From: Macrostomum hystrix
Lineage: Eukaryota; Animalia; Platyhelminthes
Length of the DNA: 64,000 bases
Assembly (NCBI GenBank): GCA_950097015.1
Contig: CATNEN010000011.1
Location: forward strand, 4,154,001 to 4,218,000
Reading direction: 5' to 3'
The notes below the pieces were generated by a model. That model worked only from the letters and a program-made list of their open reading frames with translations, had not been told where the DNA came from and did not search any database. Of the stretch, positions 24,989 through 37,431 are shown in pieces; position 1 is the first letter of the stretch; each line of letters begins with the position of its first letter. Position numbers and translations under genes: made by a program.

Positions 24989-27900
24989 ATGGCACCGCTG
25001 TTCTCATCGCCGAAAATCGCCAGAAACCTTCTGTGCCTCTCCCTGTCCTTCCTGTTGATGTTCACCAGCTATCAGGGCCTGGCTGCCCTGCAGAGTTCCA
25101 TCAATTCGGCTGGTGGTCTGGGCACAGCCGGCCTGGCTGTAACCTACGCGTGCGTTGTGCCGTCGTCCTTGCTGATAGCGCCGCTGGCTCTGGGCTGGTT
25201 GGGCGCCAAGCGGACTATGCTAGCGGGCATGCTGGGCTATGTGGCCTACTTCTGTCTGAGCCTGGCACCCGGCTGGGCCACCCTCATACCAGGCTCGGCT
25301 GTGCTGGGCATCTGCGGCGCACCTCTCTGGGCTGGCATGAGCATGTACACTGTACAGCTGGCTGCCAGAGCCGATTCTGAGGCTGCCGAATACGAGAAGA
25401 CGACCGGCGTCAGCAGGGCCAGCCGACTGGCCACTGTGCCCATCTTCTTTGGCGTGTTCTTCACCATTGTGACTAGCTGTGAGTACCTCTGAGAAATTGC
25501 AAGTTTTAGCCTAGTGGTTATAGCGTTGGAATCCCGACTAAAAGGTCGGTGGTTCGATTTCCGGCTCCACTGGAACAACTCGTGTCTTTTGATGAGACAT
25601 GCTGACGGGTACCAGCATTGGCTAGGGAAATGGAGGGTGGGTGTGGCGTCCCCCCCAGTCCATGGACTGAAAAGCCGCACACAGCCTTCACAGTCTGCTG
25701 CACATATATCCTAATTGGGGCAGGTGTAATTGGTTGTTATTATTTACTAGTGACTAATTTAACTAACCGTAAATCAGATTTAATTGGTAAAAAAGCCGAC
25801 AAAAAGATCCTTTATAAAATTTTTCCTGACCCTGTTGCAGGCAACATCTGGGGCAACCTGATCTCCTACCTAACTCTGGTCGATCGCACTGGCTCTAGCA
25901 GCCTCAGCAACATAACCGTCAGCAACTTCAGCTGCGGTTATCGGTTCTGTCCAGCAAAGCCTGCGGCAGCCGAGGCAGCGACGGCACCAACCGATGGAGC
26001 TCAGAGCGAAGAGGCGCTGGGACCAAGCGGAATTCCTGCTGTCAAGGTTCGTTTAATACTCTTCAGTCCTCTGTGACACTCACCAGTCCTCTGTGACACT
26101 CACCAGTCCACCCTGACAGTCAGCCTATCCTACCCAAAACACCCGCCAGTTCTACACCCTGATGTCGTGTTTTATCGCAGCAGCAGTGGCCGCATTCCTT
26201 GTGCTGCTGTTCCTAGTAGATCGAAACGATCCATCGACGCCAACCAGCCCTGAGAGTCAGCAGCAGCAGCAGCCGCAACCGCCGCTTCGTCAAAGATTGC
26301 GTCAAGTGCTGGCCCAGCTAGTTGAACCGCGTCAGTTACTGCTGATTCCGCTGACAATCAACGCTGGACTCACTCAGGCCTTTTCGCTTGGAGACTTTAC
26401 TGAGGTGGGCGCTGTACATAATTACCTGTTTCTTAGAAACCAGCAGTCAAATAGACAGACAGATCTTGAAGTCTATTACGAGCTAGATGCTATTTATATC
26501 CCATAATACGATAGTTTGGCTCCATATCTAACAGGTACACTCTACATTGAACAGGTAGACACCATATCTGGCAGGTAGACTTAATATCAAACAGGTAGAC
26601 TCAATATCTAACACCTAGGCTCCATATCTAACAGGTAGACACCATAACTCCATGTGTAACACTAGACTAATTAGGCAACAGGTACACCTAATGTCTAGGA
26701 GGTATTAATTCTATTCAAACCCGACCTAGGAGAAGTAAACTGATTTAGTTCAAAGAAATTCAAACTCGAAAGCACAGGGTTTCGTTGCCTGCACCTCCGG
26801 CATCGCCTCCGTGGGGCTGGTGATGACTAGCTACGGCGTCAGCCAGGTGCTGGCGGGACTGCTAGCTGGCCAAGTAGCTGCTCGAATTGGTGCCGCGTCC
26901 GTCTTGCTGACTAGTAAGCTCGACTTTCTCATGGAGGGTTGAGTGACCAGCGTTTGTCTCCCTCTCCAAGGTCCCTGAGCTCGATTTCACGGCGAGGCCA
27001 CATTCATTTGGGGAGAGAGACTTTGGCTTAAAAAATCTAAAAATAATAACAGATTACACCTGCCCCAATCGGGCCAGATTTGCGGTTGAAAGCACAGCCG
27101 CAGCTATTGCGCGGCGCATTTGAAGGCTGCGTACGGCTTTTCAGTCCACGGACTGGGACGACGCCAAACCCAACCTCAATTACCCAAGCTGAATTTGGTA
27201 CACAAATTGTTCCAGTGAAGTCAGGAATCGAGCCACCGACCTTCAGGTCGTGAGACAGATGCTCTAACCACTAGGCTACAGGCCTCCTGCTAGCATTGTT
27301 AATTTTATTTTATTACTAGAGTGAGAAGCACAGTTAGACTTACCTCATTGCGCATTCCAGCCCTCCTGTGCCTGCTAGCCATGGAGGTTGGCTCACTATT
27401 CTGGCAGGTGACTCCGCAGCCGCAGTGGCCACTGCACGTGATGGCGGCCGCCTGGGGCGCCGTTGACTCCGTGTGGGTCACTCTGCTCAATGGTGCGTGC
27501 AATCGGCTCAGTTCCGTGTGTGAACTTGTTCCTTTGCTGTGCTACCTGTGAAACACTTGAGTCTTTGAGAGCGAATCTGCGGCGAACCCACTTTCGTCGC
27601 AGCCGCGGAAAAAAAGCTTTGAAGCTTGTCGCGCAAATGAAGCCCTATAGGGTCAACCAACAGTGAGACTGTACCAGAGGATTCAAAAGTTAGGGCAGAC
27701 AGACCAAAAGCCAAACATCCGTTTGCGTGTGTGTGAGTTTATGCTCAGAGGTCAGCAGGGGGTGGGTGGCAGAGCGGTTAACGCGTTTGCCTCTCGCACC
27801 AAGGTCCCTAAGCTCGATTCTGCGGCGAGGCCACATTCATTTGGGGCGCAGCCGCAGAGAGAAGGCTTGTGGGCCTGTCATGTAATTTACTTGAGTTGAA

Positions 27901-28276
27901 TCTTGAGTTCACGTGTCTGGTTGTTGAGATTTTAGTTTTATTCAGTGCACGCCTTTGATTTCATGTCTCGCTTTAAATTCGACGTTCAGCACTGTACGGC
28001 GACTACTTCGCCGACAACGCCGGTGCGGCTTTCTCCGCCCTGCGCCTGTGGCAATCGATCGGCTTCATCGTCGGCTTCTCCTACAACAAAGTGCTCTGCA
28101 TTGAGCAGAAGTTATTCGTGATGATCGGCCTGCTGTGCCTGAGCCTCGCGACATTCACCGCCGGCATCATTGTTAATCATCGACGAGTCAAAAATTCTGT
28201 CGTAGAACCGATTTCGGAGTCGAACAAAGACTCAGCAAGACTTGAAAAGTCAACAGACAGCGTCGATAATAACTAG
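24989..28276 (+). CDS. UNC93-like MFS transporter (UNC93A-like)
   Basis: Exons 24989-25478, 25841-26046, 26120-26404, 26778-26913, 27361-27492, 27990-28276, all phase-consistent. Motifs RNLLCLSLSFLLMFTSYQGLAALQSSIN, GAPLWAG, NIWGNLISY, DFTEGFVAC, AAFSALRLWQSIGF are typical of UNC-93. Confidence 0.9.
25507..25745 (+). mobile_element. SINE family B copy in UNC93-like intron 1
   Basis: Head TAGCCTAGTGGTTA...GGTTCGATTTCC, body CCCAGTCCATGGACTGAAAAGCCG, tail ATTGGGGCAGGTGTAAT..GTTATTATT. Confidence 0.8.
26512..26690. repeat. Degenerate ~20-bp repeat (CTCCATATCTAACAGGTAGA-like)
   Basis: Reverse complement resembles the 14.0-kb TGTTAGA array. Confidence 0.6.
26932..27025 (+). mobile_element. SINE family A 5' fragment
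   Basis: CCAAGGTCCCTGAGCTCGATT..CGGCGAGGCCACATTCATTTGGGG. Confidence 0.75.
27042..27288 (-). mobile_element. SINE family B copy in UNC93-like intron 4
   Basis: Reverse complement shares head, CACTGGAACAA, CCCAGTCCGTGGACTGAAAAGCCG and ATTGGGGCAGGTGTAAT blocks with 25507-25745. Confidence 0.8.
27757..27880 (+). mobile_element. SINE family A 5' fragment
   Basis: GGGGGTGGGTGGCAGAGCGGTTAACGCGTTTGCCTCTCGCACCAAGGTCCCTAAGCTCGATTC. Confidence 0.8.
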
Positions 28277-28869
28277 CTGCATCTAATGGGACTCTGAGAA
28301 ACAAAGACAAATGTGGAAACAACCGGGCCAAGTAGGGACGCATTTTTTCTGAAATCTTTCTGAAGCCAACGGAGCCCATTAAGTATACTGAAGATAGCTG
28401 AAGGCCAAGCCGAGGACTTTTTACCATAGCAAACAAAATCAGAGGGCACTATTTTAATTATTCTAATAAAACATTGTCCTAGTCCTCAACTCGCTTCTCA
28501 TCAGTCCTCGTTTTTAGGATTAAGAAATAATTTATTGGTTGGAAAATAAGGGCAATACCATAGATGGTATTTAATGATAATAATAATAATAATAATAATA
28601 TTAATTAACTGGTTTTTTTATTTGGGGTATCAACTGAAAAGATGGTTTTTTTCTCAACGAACAAATGACAAAATAGAATTAGCCCTCTTAAAAACAAAAT
28701 TATGTTTACAAGTGTTGTTGTACTTTGTAAAGTAAAGCTTGATATTTATTTTAAGACAGCAGCTTAAAATGCTGAGTTTACTGAAAAATCAAAATTAATT
28801 GAGTCAGTGACTTAATTGGTATAGTACTGAGAGTGATTTAGCAATAAAGTACATCTCAAGGAATCAATT

Positions 28870-31156
28870 TCAACAGACAATTATTTTCCAGTCAATCCGT
28901 TTTTTACGGCACCGCCAATCTTAGTCTTGGAGTCGGCAGCCGCGCCAGCAGCCGCTGTGGAGCCGCTGGTCACTTCAAAGGCCAGAACATCTTCAACGAA
29001 TTCTAAAAAAAGTTTTATCGTAGATTTAAAGAAGCACATTTCCTGTTGCTAGGGGGTCTGTGACAAAGCAGATAACGCATCTGTCACTCGCACCAAGGTC
29101 CCTGAGCTCGATTCCGCGGCGAGGCCACATTAATTTGAGGCGCAGCCGCGGAGAAAAGACTTGGGGACTTGTCGCCCTTTAAGGAACGACCGCCACGCAC
29201 CTCGAAAGTGCAAGCTACCTGACGACGAGAAAGTCAGGGCAGATGTACACACAGCTGTGGGAGCGTATGCGCGCGTGCGTGTGCGCTCAGGAGTCAGCGA
29301 AATAACAGAATCCGCCCTTGTCGCCCTTTAAGGAACGACCGCCACGCACCTCGAAAGTGCAAGCTACCTGACGACGAGAAAGTCAGGGCAGATGTACACA
29401 CAGCTGTGGGAGCGTATGCGCGCGTGCGTGTGCGCTCAGGAGTCAGCGAAATAACAGAATCCGTCTCCTCGCTGGCTGCGGGTCTAGTGTCACCAAATTA
29501 TGTGCCATTGCCGGTTGCCCACCTGAAAATATTTTTGTTATTTATATTCCTGTTGCTAGGGGTCGCTTATTGATGCCTCACAACCACAGCATTGACCATT
29601 GAAGCTCCCCCATTCGCTTACTGACGTAATCGACCTCGCCGTCCTTGTCCACCTGGGCGTCCTGCAGCAGCTCGCGCATCTCACCAGCGTTGAGGGCCTC
29701 GCCAAGTGATGTCAGAATCGATGTGAGCTTGGCAGCACTCACCGTGCCAGTGTTGTCAGGGTCCAGGGCCTTAGCAGAATCCACGATAAATTTTTTTTTA
29801 ATTTTACTTATAGTATCAGATACGGAATTGAGAATCATATACTATTATAATTATTGTTTAAAATCATTGTTTAAGAACTTAGAATATTATTTTGTGAATT
29901 CAGGATTTCAATTAAGAATTTAAGATATTGGTTTCTGAGTTTAGGATAATACTTTCTTAGTCAATGATATTAGTTTCTGATTTTATAATCTTAGTTTCTG
30001 ATTTTATAATCTTAGTTTCTCAGTTTAAGATCTTAGTTTCTGAGTTTAGGATTTTAGTTTCTGAGTTTAGGATTTTAGTTTCTGAGTTTAGGATTTTAGT
30101 TTCTGAGTTTAGGATTTTAGTTCTGAGCTTAGGATTTTAGTCTTTGAGTTTAGGATATTCGTTTCTAAATTTCGGATATTTACTTTGAGTTTAGGACTTT
30201 ACTTTCTGAGTTTAGGATCTAAGTTTCTGCGTTTAGGATTTTAGTTTCTGAGTTTAGTATCTTAGTATCCGAACTTAAGGATCTTAGTTTCCGAATTTCA
30301 GAGCTCGGAGTAAAAGAGTTTCATTTTCATTCATGCGGCTGCACTCAACCAATCGCCATTTCTGCCTACCCTGAATGAGTCCAGCACCATTTCCCGGATG
30401 TCCGCCTTCCGCTCGCTGTACTCTTGCACCACGCCAAAGAAGTCGTCAAAAGTCAATTTCGTGTGTCCTTTGACGATGATTGAAAGGTAATGAAAAGTAA
30501 TTTACTTTATTGCGATTTAAAGTGCTTTTGTCACCCAACAAGTAGGTAGATTTTCACCTCTCGGATACAAGTCCTGCTGTTCCAGTTTGGACACGATTAA
30601 ATCGATCTCGTGCTCACTCGGTATCTGGCCCAGGGTTCGCAGAGCAGCGCCCAGGTCCTTTGTTAGCAGGTAGCCGACACCACGGTCGAAAAGCTGGTAG
30701 ACATCGCGACACTGTTCTAAAAGTACATACATAAAATATTTACAGATCGAAGATCCCAGATCGAAGATCCCAGATCGAAGATCCCAGATCGAAGATCCCA
30801 GATCGAAGATCCCAGATCGAAGATCCCAGATCGAAGATCCCAGATCGAAGATCCCAGATCGAAGATCCCAGATCGAAGATCCCAGATCGAAGATCCCAGA
30901 TCGAAGATCCCAGATCGAAGATCCCAGATCGAAGATCCCAGATCGAAGATCCCAGATCGAAGATCCCAGATCGAAGATCCCAGATCGAAGATCCCAGATC
31001 GAAGATCCCAGATCGAAGATCCCAGATCGAAGATCCCAGATCGAAGATCCCAGATCGAAGATCCCAGATCGAAGATCCCTGCTTACTCGCGAACGCAGCC
31101 TCGGCATCAGCAACCTCCTGATCAGCATCCTTTACTTCATCGGTTTCGTTAGCCAT
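28870..31156 (-). CDS. Calmodulin/myosin-light-chain-like EF-hand protein (~200 aa)
   Basis: Exons 31156-31087, 30716-30558, 30467-30370, 29769-29622, 29002-28870 are phase-consistent: MANETDEV...CRDVYQLFDRGVGYLLTKDLGAALRTLGQIPSEHEI...LTFDDFF...SFRALDPDNTGTVSAAKL...LGEALNAGEMRELL...DKDGEVDYVKFV. Confidence 0.85.
29052..29546 (+). mobile_element. SINE family A copy with an internal 149-bp tandem duplication
   Basis: Direct repeat TTCCTGTTGCTAGGGG at 29040-29055 and 29547-29562 (TSD, overlapping the SINE G-run); 29169-29317 is repeated from 29318. Confidence 0.85.
29935..30290. repeat. Degenerate 21-bp repeat (TTTTAGTTTCTGAGTTTAGGA)
   Basis: Visible, intronic. Confidence 0.85.
30744..31079. 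repeat. Perfect 14-bp minisatellite (AGATCGAAGATCCC) x 24
   Basis: 336 bp filling the 370-nt first intron of the EF-hand gene. Confidence 0.97.
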
Positions 31157-32065
31157 TAGGAGGGCCGTACTGGAGGAGGTTGCAAGCTCGTTAGATCCAA
31201 TGGCCGATCCCTCTTTTGTTGTGGATGTATTGTCGGTGTCTAAAATTAGTTTCAATCAATTTTCGTGTACCTTCCATAACCTCTAATATTCATAAATTTT
31301 ATAGATTACATACCATCTGCTTGATAAGTATTCTTATCGTTATTCGGTGAATTGGACATTTTCAGGTATTATCAAGAACAGTTTATATATAGCGTCGAAA
31401 ATTGCGCCGAATTGTATTTTTCGCTTTGCTTAGAACTTCTGTAACTTTAGAACTATAAAGCACGCAGAAATATAGAAAACCCAAGTCAAATGAATTACAT
31501 TTATATACCTCCCACAATATGGACACGAGCAGTTCATTATATATTTATGCCTCCGAGCCCGAGGAGATGTTGACTTTTCTGCCGCTGCATCGTATTGGTC
31601 CGATAACAAGTCCGTGTGCTGCATGTGGCAACTTAGCTTAACTATACAATTCTTTTCCACTTCCTAACTTACGGTTCTCGCTGCATGTTCAATGCAATGT
31701 GATTGCTCAGGTAGATTTTAGAGACTTGACCCTCTCAGCAGCTATATAGTGGCTTACGCGGCCTGTGCTTTGTGTAGGCCATAACAGCGGCATCAATAAT
31801 TCATTATTCAACTGGTCTTGTTGATATATGCTCAAGTACGCGGCTACACAATTATATGAGGATCTTAGGTAATAATGCAGCATTTGCGGCGCGCACTCAT
31901 GCGTGCGTCTCAATCTCAACGACAGAATTGTACGAGCTAGCTCCGGTGGGACTGTACATGCCATGTGTACAATAGTAGAGTGATATGCTTTATTGGCGTC
32001 GGAAAAAGTAGTCCCGGAGCGAACGACCCTTCAATCAAGACGTCCCGAAACTAATCCATGGCTCA

Positions 32066-32077
32066 GATCACGTGATC
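32066..32077. promoter_or_regulatory. Palindromic extended E-box GATCACGTGATC in the divergent intergenic region
   Basis: 12-bp perfect palindrome containing TCACGTGA (bHLH-ZIP type) between the head-to-head EF-hand and ferritin genes; function unproven. Confidence 0.3.
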
Positions 32078-33195
32078 CGTCAATTAAAGTTGCCACTGGT
32101 GCAAGATAGCGAAGCGCTATTTGACGCTCTTGAACGTCAGATTTAATGATTGGAAGGCCGCAGACTAAATAAGGGAGCTAATTATAAATTGAAAGACAAA
32201 ATATTAATAATACTCATGCATTCCATAAACGAATTTATTTAGTACATTTAACGTGTGTTAAAGCAGTTTTTAACACAGGTAAATGTGCCTGGTGATGAGA
32301 CAAGGAGGAGCAGGTGGCCAGAATTTTATTATTTGATCAGGGGCTTATCCCTTTGGTGGCGCCACAACCGGCACAATCAACAAGGCAAGTAAATATTGAG
32401 TTCCTATGCAAAATCATGTAATTTATCTAGATCAGCAGTTGAGTGTTCTGATAAACAATAGTAGGTACTAACTATTATGAAATAAACTGTTAATAACAAA
32501 AATATGAGCACCCAATTTTGCACCCGAGCAAAAGAAATAGCGAATATAAATGCGAACGAATATTTTTGATTCGAGTGGTCGTGAAAAATATTATTAAGAC
32601 AAAATATTTTCCCCTTTAACTTGATTCAAGGACTAAGTAAAAAGACAACGTATATATGTAACTCGAGTCATCCTTAACGTAAAAATGCACGAAATAAAAA
32701 TACTAAAGGCTTTGTAGGGAAGTAAAAATGCTAGTTTAAAATCGCCTTTGAACATTAAAGGTCATTTAAAAAATTTATTTATGCCCATTTATGCCCAAAA
32801 TTTATGCCCAAACTCATTTGATACTAATCATTAGATGCATGCAAGTCAAATAATTATCTGGAGAAAATGTTGTAGCATGCTTAAACTGGGGTTAAAACCA
32901 TCCGTCTTTCTTTTTAAGGCTTCTCTGAGATTATAAATCACGACTTCACGACTAAATCCCGTGATTCTTGCGTGCGTACATTTACATTTACTTTCACATA
33001 AAATGTGAAATTTCCTAATCCTAATTAAATGCGTACATTGCTGAGACCAGCACAATACGTAAATATCGTCCATACTTTCACATCAACGGTGGTGCTTCTA
33101 CTTTAATATAGCAGACGAAACACTAGGCTATTATACAACTCGCTCAGCTTCTTCAATTCTCGCCTTCTGACTATCAAACTAAAAACTGCCTAATC

Positions 33196-34786
<1,591 letters not shown>

Positions 34787-35537
34787 ACTTGAGCGCTTGG
34801 ATATTGGATGGAATTTTCTGGTTTAACATTGTAGCAGCTGATTTTCAAACTGATAAGCTGGCTTTTTGCAGACATTGTTTTCAAAACAGACTACATTTTC
34901 GTTGTTTCCTTTAGTCAAGCGAAAAGTCTTTTTAGTTGGGCAGAAAATCGATAATGTCCAGTGATTGTTGTTTGAATATTTGTGCTCACCTAACATCAAG
35001 CTAACTCGAACTTTTCACAGATTTATTATTGTCAGAGAATCAATTTGAAATACTGGTCTAGTATATATATAGCTTTCCGATATTCTGTTGTACTAGCGAT
35101 CGAGTTCTTACTTTTTAGTTAATCTTAACAGTTGAATAGACTTTCTTATTAAAAGATATTGTTGGTAAAATCACTTTCTAGTTTGCAATCTTGTAGCTAG
35201 CAGTTATCGTAAAATTTTTGCTGTTATTGAAAAACAAAAAGTAAAAATATGAAATCATCTGGGTGGCTTTATGTGCCGTTTTTTGTGAGACTGTCCTACG
35301 AATCATTAACTTTACTGCCTTTCGCTTTGTAGTAGTGCCTTGTTTGTTTTGTTGAGAATCTGAATTCAGAAGGATTAAACATAGAACCCTTATATTACAA
35401 GTTATATTACTTGTATTACTTAGCTAATGGGACAGACTAATTCATTTCAATATTTCATTTCCTTTGGTTTTTAATTCTTTTAGTCCTTAATTTCAGACAC
35501 ATTCGGTTCCTCCAGTTCTCAACTGTTCGAAATCCCT

Positions 35538-36800
35538 CACTTCCCTCTCCCAGATCCTTCAGTTCCCTCTCCCAGATCCTTCAGTTCCCTCTCCCAGATC
35601 CTTCACTTCCCTCTCCCAGATCCTTCACTTCCCTCTCCCAGATCCTTCAGTTCCCTCTCCCATATCCTTCAGTTCCCTCTCCAAGATCCTTCAGTTCCCT
35701 CTCCCAGATCCTTCACTTCTCTCTCCCAGATCCTTCAGTTCCCTCTCCCAGATCCTTCAGTTCCCTCTCCCAGATCCTTCACTTCCCTCTCCCAGATCCT
35801 TCAGTTCCCTCTCCCAGATCCTTCACTTCCCTCTCCCAGATCCTTCACTTCCCTCTCCCAGATCCTTCAGTTCCCTCTCCCATATCCTTCAGTTCCCTCT
35901 CCAAGATCCTTCAGTTCCCTCTCCCAGATCCTTCACTTCTCTCTCCCAGATCCTTCAGTTCCCTCTCCCAGATCCTTCACTTCCCTCTCCCAGATCCTTC
36001 AGTTCCCTCTCCCATATCCTTCAGTTCCCTCTCCAAGATCCTTCAGTTCCCTCCAAGATCCTTCAGTTCCCCCTCCAAGATCCTTCAGTTCCCTCTCCCA
36101 GATCCTTCACTTCCCTCTCCCAGATCCTTCAGTTCCCTCTCCCAGATCCTTCAGTTCCCTCTCCCAGATCCTTCACTTCCCTCTCCCAGATCCTTCAGTT
36201 CCCTCTCCCAGATCCTTCACTTCCCTCTCCCAGATCCTTCACTTCCCTCTCCCAGATCCTTCAGTTCCCTCTCCCATATCCTTCAGTTCCCTCTCCAAGA
36301 TCCTTCAGTTCCCTCTCCCAGATCCTTCACTTCTCTCTCCCAGATCCTTCAGTTCCCTCTCCCAGATCCTTCAGTTCCCTCTCCCAGATCCTTCAGTTCC
36401 CTCTCCCATATCCTTCAGTTCCCTCTCCAAGATCCTTCAGTTCCCTCCAAGATCCTTCAGTTCCCTCTCCAAGATCCTTCAGTTCCCTCCAAGATCCTTC
36501 ACTTCCCTCTCCCAGATCCTTCAGTTCCCTCTCCCAGATCCTTCACTTCCCTCTCCCAGATCCTTCAGTTCCCTCTCCCATATCCTTCAGTTCCCTCTCC
36601 CATATCCTTCAGTTCCCTCTCCAAGATCCTTCAGTTCCCTCTCCCAGATCCTTCACTTCCCTCTCCCAGATCCTTCAGTTCCCTCTCCCAGATCCTTCAC
36701 TTCCCTCTCCCAGATCCTTCAGTTCCCTCTCCCAGATCTTTCAGTTCCCTCTCCCAGATCCTTCAGTTCCCTCTCCTGGATCCATCACTTTCCTCTCCCA
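35538..36800. repeat. 22-bp minisatellite (CAGATCCTTCAGTTCCCTCTCC) x ~57
   Basis: Directly visible. Confidence 0.97.
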
Positions 36801-37431
36801 GACAAGATCCTACATTTCTAGTTCTCTCTTTATTTTATTTCGTATTTTATGCCTAAATGTTCCTACTGTACTACTGTCAGTAGCTCGTAGTGTCGAAAGC
36901 TCTCAAAATGGTTGATATAACTAAAACTCTGGCACTAGTGGTTGGTTGGGTTTAAGAATATCAGTTTGCTCCGACTTTCGCTACGTATTTCCTAACCTGA
37001 ACTGAGTTTTAATTTCCTGTCGACAGCAAGACGCGGGGTAACGCATGCAGTCATCAAGTTCAACTTTTAGGAGGCTGCTGGTTTAACATCCTGTCACACA
37101 AGACCGTCTGAGTAGAACTATAGCATAATATGATATGATATTTAAATTGTATACTGGCATCTCGCACCTATAGAATAAGCATCAAAGAAACGTCTTTAAA
37201 AAGCCCTTTGTAGCTAAGAGCGTTAGATCTGTCAGAGAAGGCTTCTGTCCCAAATCTGGGATAATTAAAACCGCACATTCTAAATTAGCAGGTTGTGAAA
37301 TTATCTTTTGGATCTGAAATTGATACAGCCCCGACTCTTCTGTTATTGGGGGATTTAATCTGACAAGTGCCACAGAAACAGAAGTCAGAGAAACTATAAT
37401 GCGCGTGAGAATATAAGGCCCAAGAGAACAA

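Noticed and set aside
29216-29310. Hammerhead ribozyme in SINE A (CTGACGA ... CGAAA)
   Set aside because: Stems II and III and the NUH site cannot be formed; CTGAC pairs locally with GTCAG as a simple hairpin.
29935-30290. Interstitial telomere (TTTAGG-containing units)
   Set aside because: A 21-bp degenerate unit, not tandem TTAGGG.
30517-31255. ORFs containing GSSIWDLRSGIFDL repeats
   Set aside because: The repeat lies between a GTAAGC donor and a TTTTAG acceptor that give a clean EF-hand protein, so it is intronic.
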